The position numbers were made by a program, and so were the translations under genes. The notes beneath the pieces are model-generated. The model worked only from the letters and a program-made list of their open reading frames with translations, was not told where the DNA came from and did no database searches. Positions 29,393 to 38,252 of a stretch of DNA of 64,000 nucleotides are shown piece by piece; the first letter of the stretch is position 1, and every line of letters begins with the position of its first letter. Location of the stretch: contig JAFWAX010000013.1 in assembly GCA_017507385.1 (NCBI GenBank), forward strand, positions 1 through 64,000. The letters are read 5' to 3'. This DNA is from Bacteroidaceae bacterium (GTDB taxonomy: Bacteria; Bacteroidota; Bacteroidia; Bacteroidales; Bacteroidaceae).

Positions 29393-30265
29393 ATGAAAAT
29401 TTTAGTGACAGGATGTAACGGACAGCTCGGGAACGAGATGCAGTTGCAAGCAAAAGAGAACCCACAACACGAGTATTTCTTCACAGACGTAGTCATCCCA
29501 GAAGGGTCTTCGGTTCAGAAGCTGGACATCACAAACGAGGCAGAGGTGGAGGATTTCGTCAACAGCAATTCCATTGACTGCATCGTGAACTGTGCAGCAT
29601 TCACGGCTGTGGACAAAGCCGAAAGCGATAAAGAGTTTTGCAATCTGCTGAACAACATCGCCCCCAGCTATCTGGCAAAAGCAGTAGGAAAACGTGGCGG
29701 CAGCATCGTTCAAGTAAGTACAGACTACGTGTTTGACGGCACAAGCTACAAGCCAGTAACAGAAGAACTTCCGACGTGCCCCAATTCAGTATATGGCAGC
29801 ACCAAACTGGCTGGCGAAGAAAGCGTAAAGGAAAACTGCCAGCAACACCTCATCATCCGCACAGCCTGGCTCTATTCCACATTTGGCAACAACTTTGTGA
29901 AGACCATGATCCGGCTGGGCAAAGAAAAGTCCGAACTGGGCGTCATCTTCGACCAAGTGGGAACGCCCACCTATGCAAAAGATTTGGCAACAGCCATTTT
30001 CGTTGCCATCAACAAAGGCATCGTGCCAGGCACCTATCACTTCAGCAATGAAGGTGTCACTTCATGGTACGACTTCACAAAAGCCATCCATCGCATTGCA
30101 GGCATCACAACCTGCCATGTAAAGCCGCTCCACACAACGGAATACCCCACCCCTGCAGCACGCCCCCATTACTCCGTGCTGGACAAGACAAAAATCAAGA
30201 ATACATACGGTATCGAAATTCCCCATTGGGAAGATTCACTACGCGAATGTATCAGTAAATTATAG
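29393..30265 (+). CDS. rfbD: dTDP-4-dehydrorhamnose reductase
   Basis: MKILVTGCNGQLG Rossmann fold. YVFDG..Y..E. YGSTKLAGE catalytic YxxxK. Confidence 0.8.
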   Translation: MKILVTGCNGQLGNEMQLQAKENPQHEYFFTDVVIPEGSSVQKLDITNEAEVEDFVNSNSIDCIVNCAAFTAVDKAESDKEFCNLLNNIAPSYLAKAVGKRGGSIVQVSTDYVFDGTSYKPVTEELPTCPNSVYGSTKLAGEESVKENCQQHLIIRTAWLYSTFGNNFVKTMIRLGKEKSELGVIFDQVGTPTYAKDLATAIFVAINKGIVPGTYHFSNEGVTSWYDFTKAIHRIAGITTCHVKPLHTTEYPTPAARPHYSVLDKTKIKNTYGIEIPHWEDSLRECISKL

Positions 30266-30268
30266 AGA

Positions 30269-31861
30269 ATGAACGAGATAGAAAGAAGAAGAACGTTTGC
30301 GATCATCTCGCACCCTGACGCAGGAAAAACAACACTGACTGAGAAGCTGCTGCTGTTTGGCGGTCAGATTCAAGTGGCAGGTGCAGTGAAAAGTAACAAA
30401 ATCAAAAAGACTGCCACCTCCGACTGGATGGAAATCGAGAAACAGCGTGGTATCTCGGTGAGCACCTCCGTGATGGAGTTTGACTACTTGCCGCCACACG
30501 CCGACCAAAGCTTGCCCCCCTACAAAGTAAACATCCTCGACACCCCTGGACATCAAGACTTTGCGGAAGACACATTCCGTACACTGACAGCAGTAGATTC
30601 AGCCATCATTGTCATCGATGGAGCCAAAGGTGTCGAAACACAGACACGCAAACTGATGACGGTGTGCCGCATGAGAAAAACGCCTGTCATTGTGTATATC
30701 AACAAGATGGACCGTGAAGGAAAAGACCCATTCGACTTGCTGGATGAAGTAGAAAGCGAGCTGCAAATCAAGGTTCGCCCACTTTCATGGCCAATCAATC
30801 AAGGAGCAAGATTCAAGGGTGTTTATAACATCTACGAACAGAATCTGAACCTCTTCACCCCCAACAAACAGATGGTGACAGAGAAGGTTAACGTAGATAT
30901 CAACTCCAGCGAACTGGATGAACGTGTGGGCGAACAAGATGCTGAAAAACTGCGTGAAGACCTCGAAATGATTGACGGCGTGTATGATACTTTCGACGTA
31001 AATAAATATCTTGATGCTGAAATTGCGCCCGTATTCTTCGGTTCAGCATTGAACAACTTTGGTGTGCAGGAACTGCTCGATTGCTTTGTGGAAATTGCGC
31101 CCAATCCAAGGCCTACAACAGCCGAAGAACGCCTTGTGCAACCCGAAGAGCCCAAATTCACCGGCTTTATCTTCAAGATTACAGCCAACATCGACCCTAA
31201 CCACCGTTCATGCACCGCATTCTGCAAAGTTTGTTCAGGCAAATTCGTTCGCAACGCTCCCTATCTGCATGTGCGTAACGGGAAAACGGTTCGATTCTCC
31301 AGCCCAACACAGTTTATGGCGCAGAAGAAAAACACCATCGACGAAGCCTATCCTGGCGACATCGTTGGCTTACCAGATAATGGAATCTTCAAAATTGGAG
31401 ACACGCTGACAGAATGAGAACAGCTGCATTTCAAGGGATTGCCCAGCTTCTCGCCCGAAATGTTCAAGTACATTGAAAATGCTGACCCCATGAAGACGAA
31501 ACAATTGGAAAAAGGCATCAACCAACTCATGGACGAAGGCGTAGCACAACTGTTTGTCAATCAGTTCAACGGAAGGAAAATCATCGGAACAGTAGGACAG
31601 CTTCAGTTTGAAGTCATACAATATCGCCTTGAAAATGAATACAATGCAAAATGTCGATGGGAACCTATCAGCCTATACAAGGCATGCTGGGTTGAGAGTG
31701 ATGATGATGCAGAACTGGAAGCATTCAAGAAACGCAAATATCAATATATGGCTAAAGACAAGGATGGAAGAGACGTATTCCTTGCCGACTCCAACTATGT
31801 GCTCCAGATGGCACAACAAGACTTCAAGCACATAAAGTTCCACTTTACAAGCGAGTTTTAG
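30269..31861 (+). pseudogene. prfC: peptide chain release factor 3 (RF3) interrupted by an in-frame TGA at 31415..31417
   Basis: ORFs 30269..31417 and 31439..31861 are in the same frame (offset 1170 = 3x390). Together they are colinear with E. coli RF3 (G-domain [22 protein letters not shown]; ...IGDTLTE*EQLHFKGLPSFSPEMF vs E. coli [23 protein letters not shown]). Confidence 0.75.
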
Positions 31862-31903
31862 CCCTTTACAGTTTGTCATTTACATTTAGCGCAGCACAAT
31901 ATC

Positions 31904-32470
31904 ATGTTACAAGACGAAGTTAAAAAAGCCATTGAAGTGATGAAAGCAGGCGGAGTCATCCTCTACCCTACAGACACTGTATGGGGAATCGGATGCGATG
32001 CCACTAATCCAGAAGCAGTCAAGAAGGTGTATGACATCAAGCGAAGAGAAGACAGCAAAGCACTTATCTGCCTGGTTGACAGCGAAGCACGTTTACAGAG
32101 ATATGTAAGAAACGTGGCAGATGTCACTTGGGACCTCATCGAATTAAGCGAAAAGCCCATCACTGTCATTTTTGACGGAGTTTCAGGATTAGCTCCCAAT
32201 CTCATCGCAGAAGACGGCAGTGCAGGAATACGCATCACTCGCGAGGAATTCAGCAAAGAACTTTGTTTCCGCTTCCAGAAAGCGATTGTCAGCACCAGTG
32301 CAAACATCAGCGGAGAACCTACTCCACGGACATTCAACGAGATTAGCGACGAAATCAAGAATGCGGTTGATTATGTCGTCAAATACAATCGTCAATGCAA
32401 AGAAAAACATAAGCCAAGCAGCATCATCAAGATGAGCGCCAGCGGACAATTCACCATCATCAGGGAGTGA
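31904..32470 (+). CDS. tsaC: L-threonylcarbamoyladenylate synthase (YrdC/TsaC family)
   Basis: GGVILYPTDTVWGIGCDATN YrdC signature. 188 aa. Confidence 0.8.
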   Translation: MLQDEVKKAIEVMKAGGVILYPTDTVWGIGCDATNPEAVKKVYDIKRREDSKALICLVDSEARLQRYVRNVADVTWDLIELSEKPITVIFDGVSGLAPNLIAEDGSAGIRITREEFSKELCFRFQKAIVSTSANISGEPTPRTFNEISDEIKNAVDYVVKYNRQCKEKHKPSSIIKMSASGQFTIIRE

Positions 32471-32535
32471 AAGGTCAAGAGAGGAGAGGACAGGAACTGA
32501 AAGAGAGAGATTAGTATTTTGAAAAATTACTGCGC

Positions 32536-34347
32536 ATGAATATCACAGGAATAAGACGCAAGGAAATCAAACTTTATCGTATCATCACCGATTGGATAAA
32601 AGGCGACCATACAGAACGGCAAATCGTGCTGATGCTCAGCCTGATGGTAGGATTATGCACTGGACTCACAGCCTTCGTATTGAAGTTCCTAATTGAAGAA
32701 ATCAAGCATCTTCTCACATCTGGATTTGAAGCAGAAGACACCAACCTGCTCTATCTGGTATTCCCCGCTATTGGCATCTTGCTGACCATGCTTTTCGTAA
32801 CGCACATCGTCAGGGGAGACATCAGCCATGGTGTCACCAAAATACTGTATGCCATGTCGCGAGGCCGAAGCAGAATCAAATCGCACAACCGTTGGTCCAG
32901 CATCATTGCCAGTGCCATCACCATCGGATTCGGAGGTTCGGTAGGAGCCGAGGCCCCCATTGTACTGACAGGTGCTGCATGGGGTTCCGACTTTGGCAAA
33001 CGCTTTCATCTGCCGCCCAAAACACTGATGCTGTTAGTAGGATGCGGTGCTGCTGGAGCCGTTTCCGGCATTTTCAAGGCGCCAATTGCAGGCTTGGTTT
33101 TTGTGCTCGAAGTGTTGATGCTCGACCTTAGCTTCTCTTCTTTGCTCCCGCTGCTGGTCACCAGCATCACTTCAGCCTGTGTCTCATACGCCTTCTATGG
33201 TACAGCACCCCAGTTTGACTTCAACCTAAGCAAAGCCTTCTCCATCGACATCATCCCCGGATGCCTTTTGCTGGGAGTGGCTTGCGGACTGGTCAGCCTC
33301 TACTTCACACGTGCCATGAACTGGTTCGAGAAAGTGTTTGGAATGCTGAAAAAGAAAAGGTACAAGTTCCTGCTCGGAGCCGTCGTGTTAGGTCTGCTGA
33401 TTTATTTCTTCCCCGCCATGTATGGAGAAGGATACGATGTTATCAACCAGCTAATTAACAATGCTTCAGCAAAAGAAATCATGCACAACACCCTTTTCTA
33501 CGAAAACGACAGCAATCTGCTCATCTATCTCGGTTTAGTGCTGATTTTCAAAGTATTTGCCACCACAGCCACCAATGGAGGCGGCGGATGTGGTGGAACA
33601 TTTGCGCCCAGCCTTTTCTTAGGCTGCATTGCTGGCTTCATTTTCGCCAACCTCTGGGATTGGGGCCTTGGACTCGCTGATAGCAGTACCTTCTACCTGT
33701 CGCCCAAAAACTGCGGACTTTACGGAATGGCCGGACTCATGTCAGGTGTCATGCACGCTCCATTGACAGGCATCTTCCTCATTGCCGAACTCACAGGCGG
33801 ATACGACCTTTTTGTTCCGCTCATGATTGTATCAGTCGTTTCCTACCTGACCATCAACATCTTCGAGCCACACAGCATCTACGCCATGCGTCTGGCACGC
33901 CGCGGACAACTCATCACGCACAACAAAGACAATGCCATCCTGACATTGCTGAATCTGGAATCGCTCATAGAGACAGACTATAAGACCGTCATGGCAGACA
34001 TGCCTTTAAGCAAGTTTGTTGTAACCATTTCAAAGTCACACAGAAACATTTTCCCTGTCATCAACAAGAATGGGAAGTTCATAGGAGTTGTATCGCTCGA
34101 TTCGGTCAGACTGTACATGTTTCGCCCCGAGCTATACCATCAATACACAGTAGGTTCTTTCATGAAAGAGCCACCAGCCATTCTGACCGTCAACGACTCG
34201 CTGAAAGTGGCGGCAAAAAAGTTTGAAGACACAGGAGCATGGAACCTCCCAGTTGTAGATAACAATAATATCTACATCGGCTTCATTTCACGCTCAGGAC
34301 TCTTTACCAGCTACCGCGAAACACTGATAAAGTTCAGTCAAGAATAG
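32536..34347 (+). CDS. ClC-family voltage-gated chloride channel with C-terminal CBS pair
   Basis: GSVGAEAP, GGGCGGTFAPSLFLG and GLMSGVMHAPLTG selectivity motifs. C-terminal CBS-like segments. Confidence 0.8.
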   Translation: MNITGIRRKEIKLYRIITDWIKGDHTERQIVLMLSLMVGLCTGLTAFVLKFLIEEIKHLLTSGFEAEDTNLLYLVFPAIGILLTMLFVTHIVRGDISHGVTKILYAMSRGRSRIKSHNRWSSIIASAITIGFGGSVGAEAPIVLTGAAWGSDFGKRFHLPPKTLMLLVGCGAAGAVSGIFKAPIAGLVFVLEVLMLDLSFSSLLPLLVTSITSACVSYAFYGTAPQFDFNLSKAFSIDIIPGCLLLGVACGLVSLYFTRAMNWFEKVFGMLKKKRYKFLLGAVVLGLLIYFFPAMYGEGYDVINQLINNASAKEIMHNTLFYENDSNLLIYLGLVLIFKVFATTATNGGGGCGGTFAPSLFLGCIAGFIFANLWDWGLGLADSSTFYLSPKNCGLYGMAGLMSGVMHAPLTGIFLIAELTGGYDLFVPLMIVSVVSYLTINIFEPHSIYAMRLARRGQLITHNKDNAILTLLNLESLIETDYKTVMADMPLSKFVVTISKSHRNIFPVINKNGKFIGVVSLDSVRLYMFRPELYHQYTVGSFMKEPPAILTVNDSLKVAAKKFEDTGAWNLPVVDNNNIYIGFISRSGLFTSYRETLIKFSQE

Positions 34348-34411
34348 AGATAAACGCTGCGAGAAATGACCACAGAAAAATGAAAAAGACAAAATAGACA
34401 AAAAGGAAGGA

Positions 34412-35374
34412 ATGATGATGACAAAAGAAAGTTTGAGAATCGTTTATATGGGCACTCCCGATTTTGCGGTAGAAAGCCTGCGCGCGCTCATCGAGGGAGG
34501 TTATAATGTTGTAGCAGTTGTCACCATGCCCGACAAACCTATGGGCAGACACGGCAGCGTGCTGCAGCCAAGCCCTGTCAAGCAATACGCTTTAGAGCAG
34601 GGACTGAAAATTCTTCAGCCAGCCAATCTCAAAGCCCCTGACTTTATCGAAGAACTCCGCAGTCTTCAGGCCGACCTCCAGATTGTTGTGGCATTCCGCA
34701 TGCTGCCGGAAGCTGTCTGGAAAATGCCGCCGCTCGGCACTTTCAATGCCCACGCCAGCCTTTTGCCCAAATATCGCGGTGCTGCACCCATCAACTGGGC
34801 GGTCATCAATGGCGACACAGAGACAGGCATCACGACATTCTTCCTCAAGCACGAAATCGATACCGGAGATATCATCCAGCAAGTACGAATCCCCATCGAA
34901 GACACCGACAACGTGGAGATAGTTCACGACAAACTGATGATGCTCAGCGGGAAACTGGTTACAGAAACCGTTGACAACATTATAGCTGGCACAGTCAAGT
35001 CCGTTCCGCAAGATGAGATTAAAGACTGCGACCTGACACCGGCGCCAAAGATATTCCGCGACACCTGCCGCATCAACTGGCATCAGCCAACCAAAAAGGT
35101 GTACGACTTCATCCGCGGATTGAGCCCCTACCCTGCTGCATGGACCACGCTGAATGGGAAATCCGTAAAAATTTATGAAACTGAAAAAGTCGAGAACTCA
35201 GCCCACACACAAGAGCCCGGCACCATCCGAACAGACGGAAAAACCAAGCTGGAAATAGCGACTGCCGATGGATTCCTCAACGTCAAATCCCTGCAGATGG
35301 AAGGTAAAAAAAGAATGCCCATATCCGACTTGCTGAGAGGCTTCAAGCTTGAAGAAAATAATTTTTTTGTATAA
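34412..35374 (+). CDS. fmt: methionyl-tRNA formyltransferase
   Basis: IVYMGTPDFAVESL. HASLLPKYRGAAPINWA. ~315 aa. Confidence 0.85.
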   Translation: MMMTKESLRIVYMGTPDFAVESLRALIEGGYNVVAVVTMPDKPMGRHGSVLQPSPVKQYALEQGLKILQPANLKAPDFIEELRSLQADLQIVVAFRMLPEAVWKMPPLGTFNAHASLLPKYRGAAPINWAVINGDTETGITTFFLKHEIDTGDIIQQVRIPIEDTDNVEIVHDKLMMLSGKLVTETVDNIIAGTVKSVPQDEIKDCDLTPAPKIFRDTCRINWHQPTKKVYDFIRGLSPYPAAWTTLNGKSVKIYETEKVENSAHTQEPGTIRTDGKTKLEIATADGFLNVKSLQMEGKKRMPISDLLRGFKLEENNFFV

Positions 35375-35499
35375 AAACTTGCTTTTTTCAAATAAAAGAT
35401 GTTACTTTGCAGCATCATAGCAACTAAATTCACATTATAAACCCTAAAAAATCATTGCCTATAGAAGAGACATTACGCTAAACAAAAACATCAAGCATA

Positions 35500-36093
35500 A
35501 TGAAAAAGCTCAACGAACTTGCTGACGAACAGCTTGTTAGTCTATACACAGAAGGCAATGACTCTGCTTTTGACACGCTTTTGAAGCGATACGAAAGCAA
35601 GGTATTTTCTTATATTCTTTATTCTGTCAAAAATCAGGAATTAGCTGAAGACCTCTTCCAGGATGTCTTCATCAAGATGGTTGTACGCATCAAAAACGGG
35701 CAATATGCCGAAAATGGAAAGTTTTCATCATGGATGATGCGAATTGTGCACAACCATCTCATCGATTATTACCGTACATCGAATGCAGAGAAAACCATCT
35801 CCAATGATGCCACCGAAGTCGATCTGTTCAACAATGCCGACATTGCCATCAACGAGAACTGCGAGCAGGAGATGATTGACCAGCAGACATTGAAGGAGGT
35901 GAAAGAACTGATTGCCCAGCTGCCAGACAGCCAGCGCGAGGTGCTTATGATGCGCGTGTATGACGAACTCTCTTTCAAGGAAATTGCAGAAAAGACTAAT
36001 TGCAGCATCAACACAGCCCTTGGCCGCATGCGCTACGCCATCATCAACCTACGCCACATGGCATTCAAACGCGGCATCAGCATGGCATCATAA
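35500..36093 (+). CDS. RNA polymerase sigma-70 family factor (ECF/sigma-24-like)
   Basis: 197 aa. Region 2 FQDVFIKM..WMMRIVHNHLIDYYR. Region 4 LSFKEIAEKTNCSINTALGRMRYA. Confidence 0.75.
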   Translation: MKKLNELADEQLVSLYTEGNDSAFDTLLKRYESKVFSYILYSVKNQELAEDLFQDVFIKMVVRIKNGQYAENGKFSSWMMRIVHNHLIDYYRTSNAEKTISNDATEVDLFNNADIAINENCEQEMIDQQTLKEVKELIAQLPDSQREVLMMRVYDELSFKEIAEKTNCSINTALGRMRYAIINLRHMAFKRGISMAS

Positions 36094-36117
36094 AATATCA
36101 TAAATACACCTATACTA

Positions 36118-36167
36118 AGAGTGAGTTCGCAGAAATAGAAATTCGGCGAACTCACTTTCTTTATTTA
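36118..36167 (+). terminator. rho-independent terminator of the sigma factor gene
   Basis: AGTGAGTTCGC-loop-GCGAACTCACT followed by TTCTTTATTTAT. Confidence 0.6.
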
Positions 36168-36341
36168 TCGTACTCGTCGGAGCCACCATGCCGCACCCGA
36201 CGGGTACGCCACACCAGACTCGACGGGTATGCAGAACAAGTTTCCGCAAGCCGAATGAAGAAACGAAAAAGCTCAAGGTTCCTCGTCCAATGAAATGAGA
36301 CAAGCTTTTTATCTGCAAATTCCTTATAAATCTACCGAAGA

Positions 36342-36390
36342 ATCGGTGTGCCCCACACCGTGATTGCGGTGTGGGGCACATCGATTTATA
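36342..36390. repeat. hairpin repeat family B, copy 2
   Basis: cggtgtgccccacaccgtgattgcggtgtggggcacatcgattt. Shares the GTGCCCCACA/TGTGGGGCAC core with 9681..9752. Confidence 0.6.
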
Positions 36391-36528
36391 GGGGAAGTCT
36401 CTCATGCAGACAAGCATCATCCGGCTTCGTCAGAGAAATAAAAGAACGGACAAAAAAAACCTGCGAGACATCGTCTTGCAGGCCCAATTCTCTTTTGGAT
36501 ATGAATCCAGAAAGTTGTCTTGCTCTGA

Positions 36529-36732
36529 TTACTCAGCAACAGCTGAATCAGCAACGCAAGAGTCAGCAGCGCAAGAATCAGCGCAAACTGAATCACAAAC
36601 TACTACTGTATCAGCAACGATAGAATCAGTAGCAACTGTGTCAGCTGCAGGAGCAGCGTTGCCACAAGATACGAATGATACAGATGCAGTGAGAGCGATT
36701 GCAGCAACAGCTGCGAAAACCAACTTCTTCAT
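36529..36732 (-). CDS. small lipoprotein (67 aa) with C-terminal tandem C-A-D-S repeats
   Basis: Canonical lipoprotein signal MKKLVFAAVAAIALTASVSFVSC. Tail ..VCDSVCADSCAADSCVADSAVAE is encoded by imperfect ~15 bp tandem DNA repeats. The overlapping 166 aa plus-strand ORF lacks features. Confidence 0.5.
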   Translation of the reverse strand: MKKLVFAAVAAIALTASVSFVSCGNAAPAADTVATDSIVADTVVVCDSVCADSCAADSCVADSAVAE

Positions 36733-36911
36733 AATTTTCTTTTACTTTAATTTGTTAAACAATCAATATGCTTTCAAAACGCTTGCAAAGTTACAGACTT
36801 TTCGTGTATCTTGTTTCAAAAAACTCTTCTTTTTTTACTTTTTAACAAAAAAAAGCGGTTTTCAGGATAAAAAAAGCGGTTTTTTATATAATTTTAATGA
36901 TTAAAGGCACT

Positions 36912-38027
36912 TTAATCCACCCACATGAGGTCGGACATCACATCATTGGACACAAAAAAACCAGAACGAGACAAGCACAAAACATCACCTTGCAGCACTA
37001 AATTTCCAGCATCAACATGCTTTTGTGCATTGTACAGGCAATAGGACTTGAAGGTTGCGCCGAACTGCTGCTCCAACACATCCAGCCGAATGCCTTCCGA
37101 TGTACGCAATCCTGTGAAAACATACTCCCCATAGCGTTCCGCTTTCGTCAGCTCTTCCATCACAAGCGAAGAACCTGAAAGATAGTCGCTTAAAGAATCT
37201 GGATGATAATAACGATTTTTCCCATCATAAGAATGCGCCCCTGCACCCACTCCAAGATAGGGCACGCCATGCCAGTAGCTGGAATTATGCCTCGATTCCC
37301 TGCCTGGCAAGGCAAAGTTGCTCAACTCATAGTGCCTGTAGCCAGCACGTTCCAGAGACGTAATGAGGGCTTCGTACATCTGCACAGACACCTCTTCGTC
37401 CACCTCTGCTATCTCCCCCCTCTCCAGCAGACGGCTCAAGCGTGTGCCTTCTTCATACATCAGCGAATAGGCAGAAAGGTGCTGCACTTGCAGCGACAGC
37501 GCCTTATCCACATCGGCCTGCCAATCAGCGATCGTCTGACCAGGAAATCCAAACATAAGGTCGATGCTAATATTGTCAAAACCCAACTGCTGAGCAGCCC
37601 GGACACTCTCGACGGCCTGTTCGGCTGTATGCCTACGGTTCAAAAAATCCAATCTCGAATTGTCGAAGGTCTGCACACCCATGCTCAGCCTGTTCACCCC
37701 TATCCGCTTCAAGCCACGAAGCATCGCAGGAGACATGTCGTCCGGATTGCCTTCGAGCGTCACTTCTGCATCCTCACGTACATTATATATATTATATATA
37801 GCAGAAATGAGGCGTTCCGTTTCCTCGACAGGCAGCAGAGAAGGCGTACCGCCTCCAAAATAGATGGTATCCACAGAAGATTCTCCCAGAAAGCTACGGC
37901 GGTCTTGCAGCTCTCGCACAACGGCATCGACATACGAACGGCGTTTCTCCAAACTTGTCGTAGAGAAAAAGCCGCAGTAAATGCAACGGGACTTGCAGAA
38001 GGGAATATGGACGTAAATTCCAGCCAT
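36912..38027 (-). CDS. hemW: radical SAM heme chaperone HemW (HemN-like, oxygen-independent coproporphyrinogen oxidase family)
   Basis: MAGIYVHIPFCKSRCIYCGF CxxxCxxC motif. GGGTPS. C-terminal HemN_C-like region. The longest ORF starts at 38243. Confidence 0.8.
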   Translation of the reverse strand: MAGIYVHIPFCKSRCIYCGFFSTTSLEKRRSYVDAVVRELQDRRSFLGESSVDTIYFGGGTPSLLPVEETERLISAIYNIYNVREDAEVTLEGNPDDMSPAMLRGLKRIGVNRLSMGVQTFDNSRLDFLNRRHTAEQAVESVRAAQQLGFDNISIDLMFGFPGQTIADWQADVDKALSLQVQHLSAYSLMYEEGTRLSRLLERGEIAEVDEEVSVQMYEALITSLERAGYRHYELSNFALPGRESRHNSSYWHGVPYLGVGAGAHSYDGKNRYYHPDSLSDYLSGSSLVMEELTKAERYGEYVFTGLRTSEGIRLDVLEQQFGATFKSYCLYNAQKHVDAGNLVLQGDVLCLSRSGFFVSNDVMSDLMWVD

Positions 38028-38252
38028 GACATTGCAAAGGTAGCACAAATCAAAGAATCGGCAAAAAAAGTCAATCGAAATCATCAAGACACACCCTACT
38101 CCACCATTTTTAATTAATAAAAATGAAAAATGTTGAAGAACATAATATTTTAGCGTTCTATTTGTCGAAAAAGCTGTAATTTTATCGCGGCTTTTCAATC
38201 TATAGCCATTTAAAAATACTATAAACCTTAAACATAATAACACTAACCTAAC

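Noticed and set aside
30269-31861. Alternative genetic code (TGA=Trp/Gly) to explain the prfC in-frame TGA
   Set aside because: TGA clearly terminates other well-conserved genes here (rsmI at 7832..7834; 8986..9663), so translation table 4 or 25 is not supported.
36404-36904. 166 aa plus-strand ORF overlapping the small lipoprotein gene
   Set aside because: No signal or start context. It runs into AT-rich intergenic sequence. The opposite-strand 67 aa ORF has a textbook lipoprotein signal.
36912-38243. hemW plus the Cys-rich small ORF as a radical-SAM RiPP cluster
   Set aside because: The radical SAM protein has the HemN/HemW C-terminal domain and lacks SPASM or twitch cysteines. The peptide has a Sec or lipoprotein signal rather than a leader. 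Kept only as a low-probability remark.
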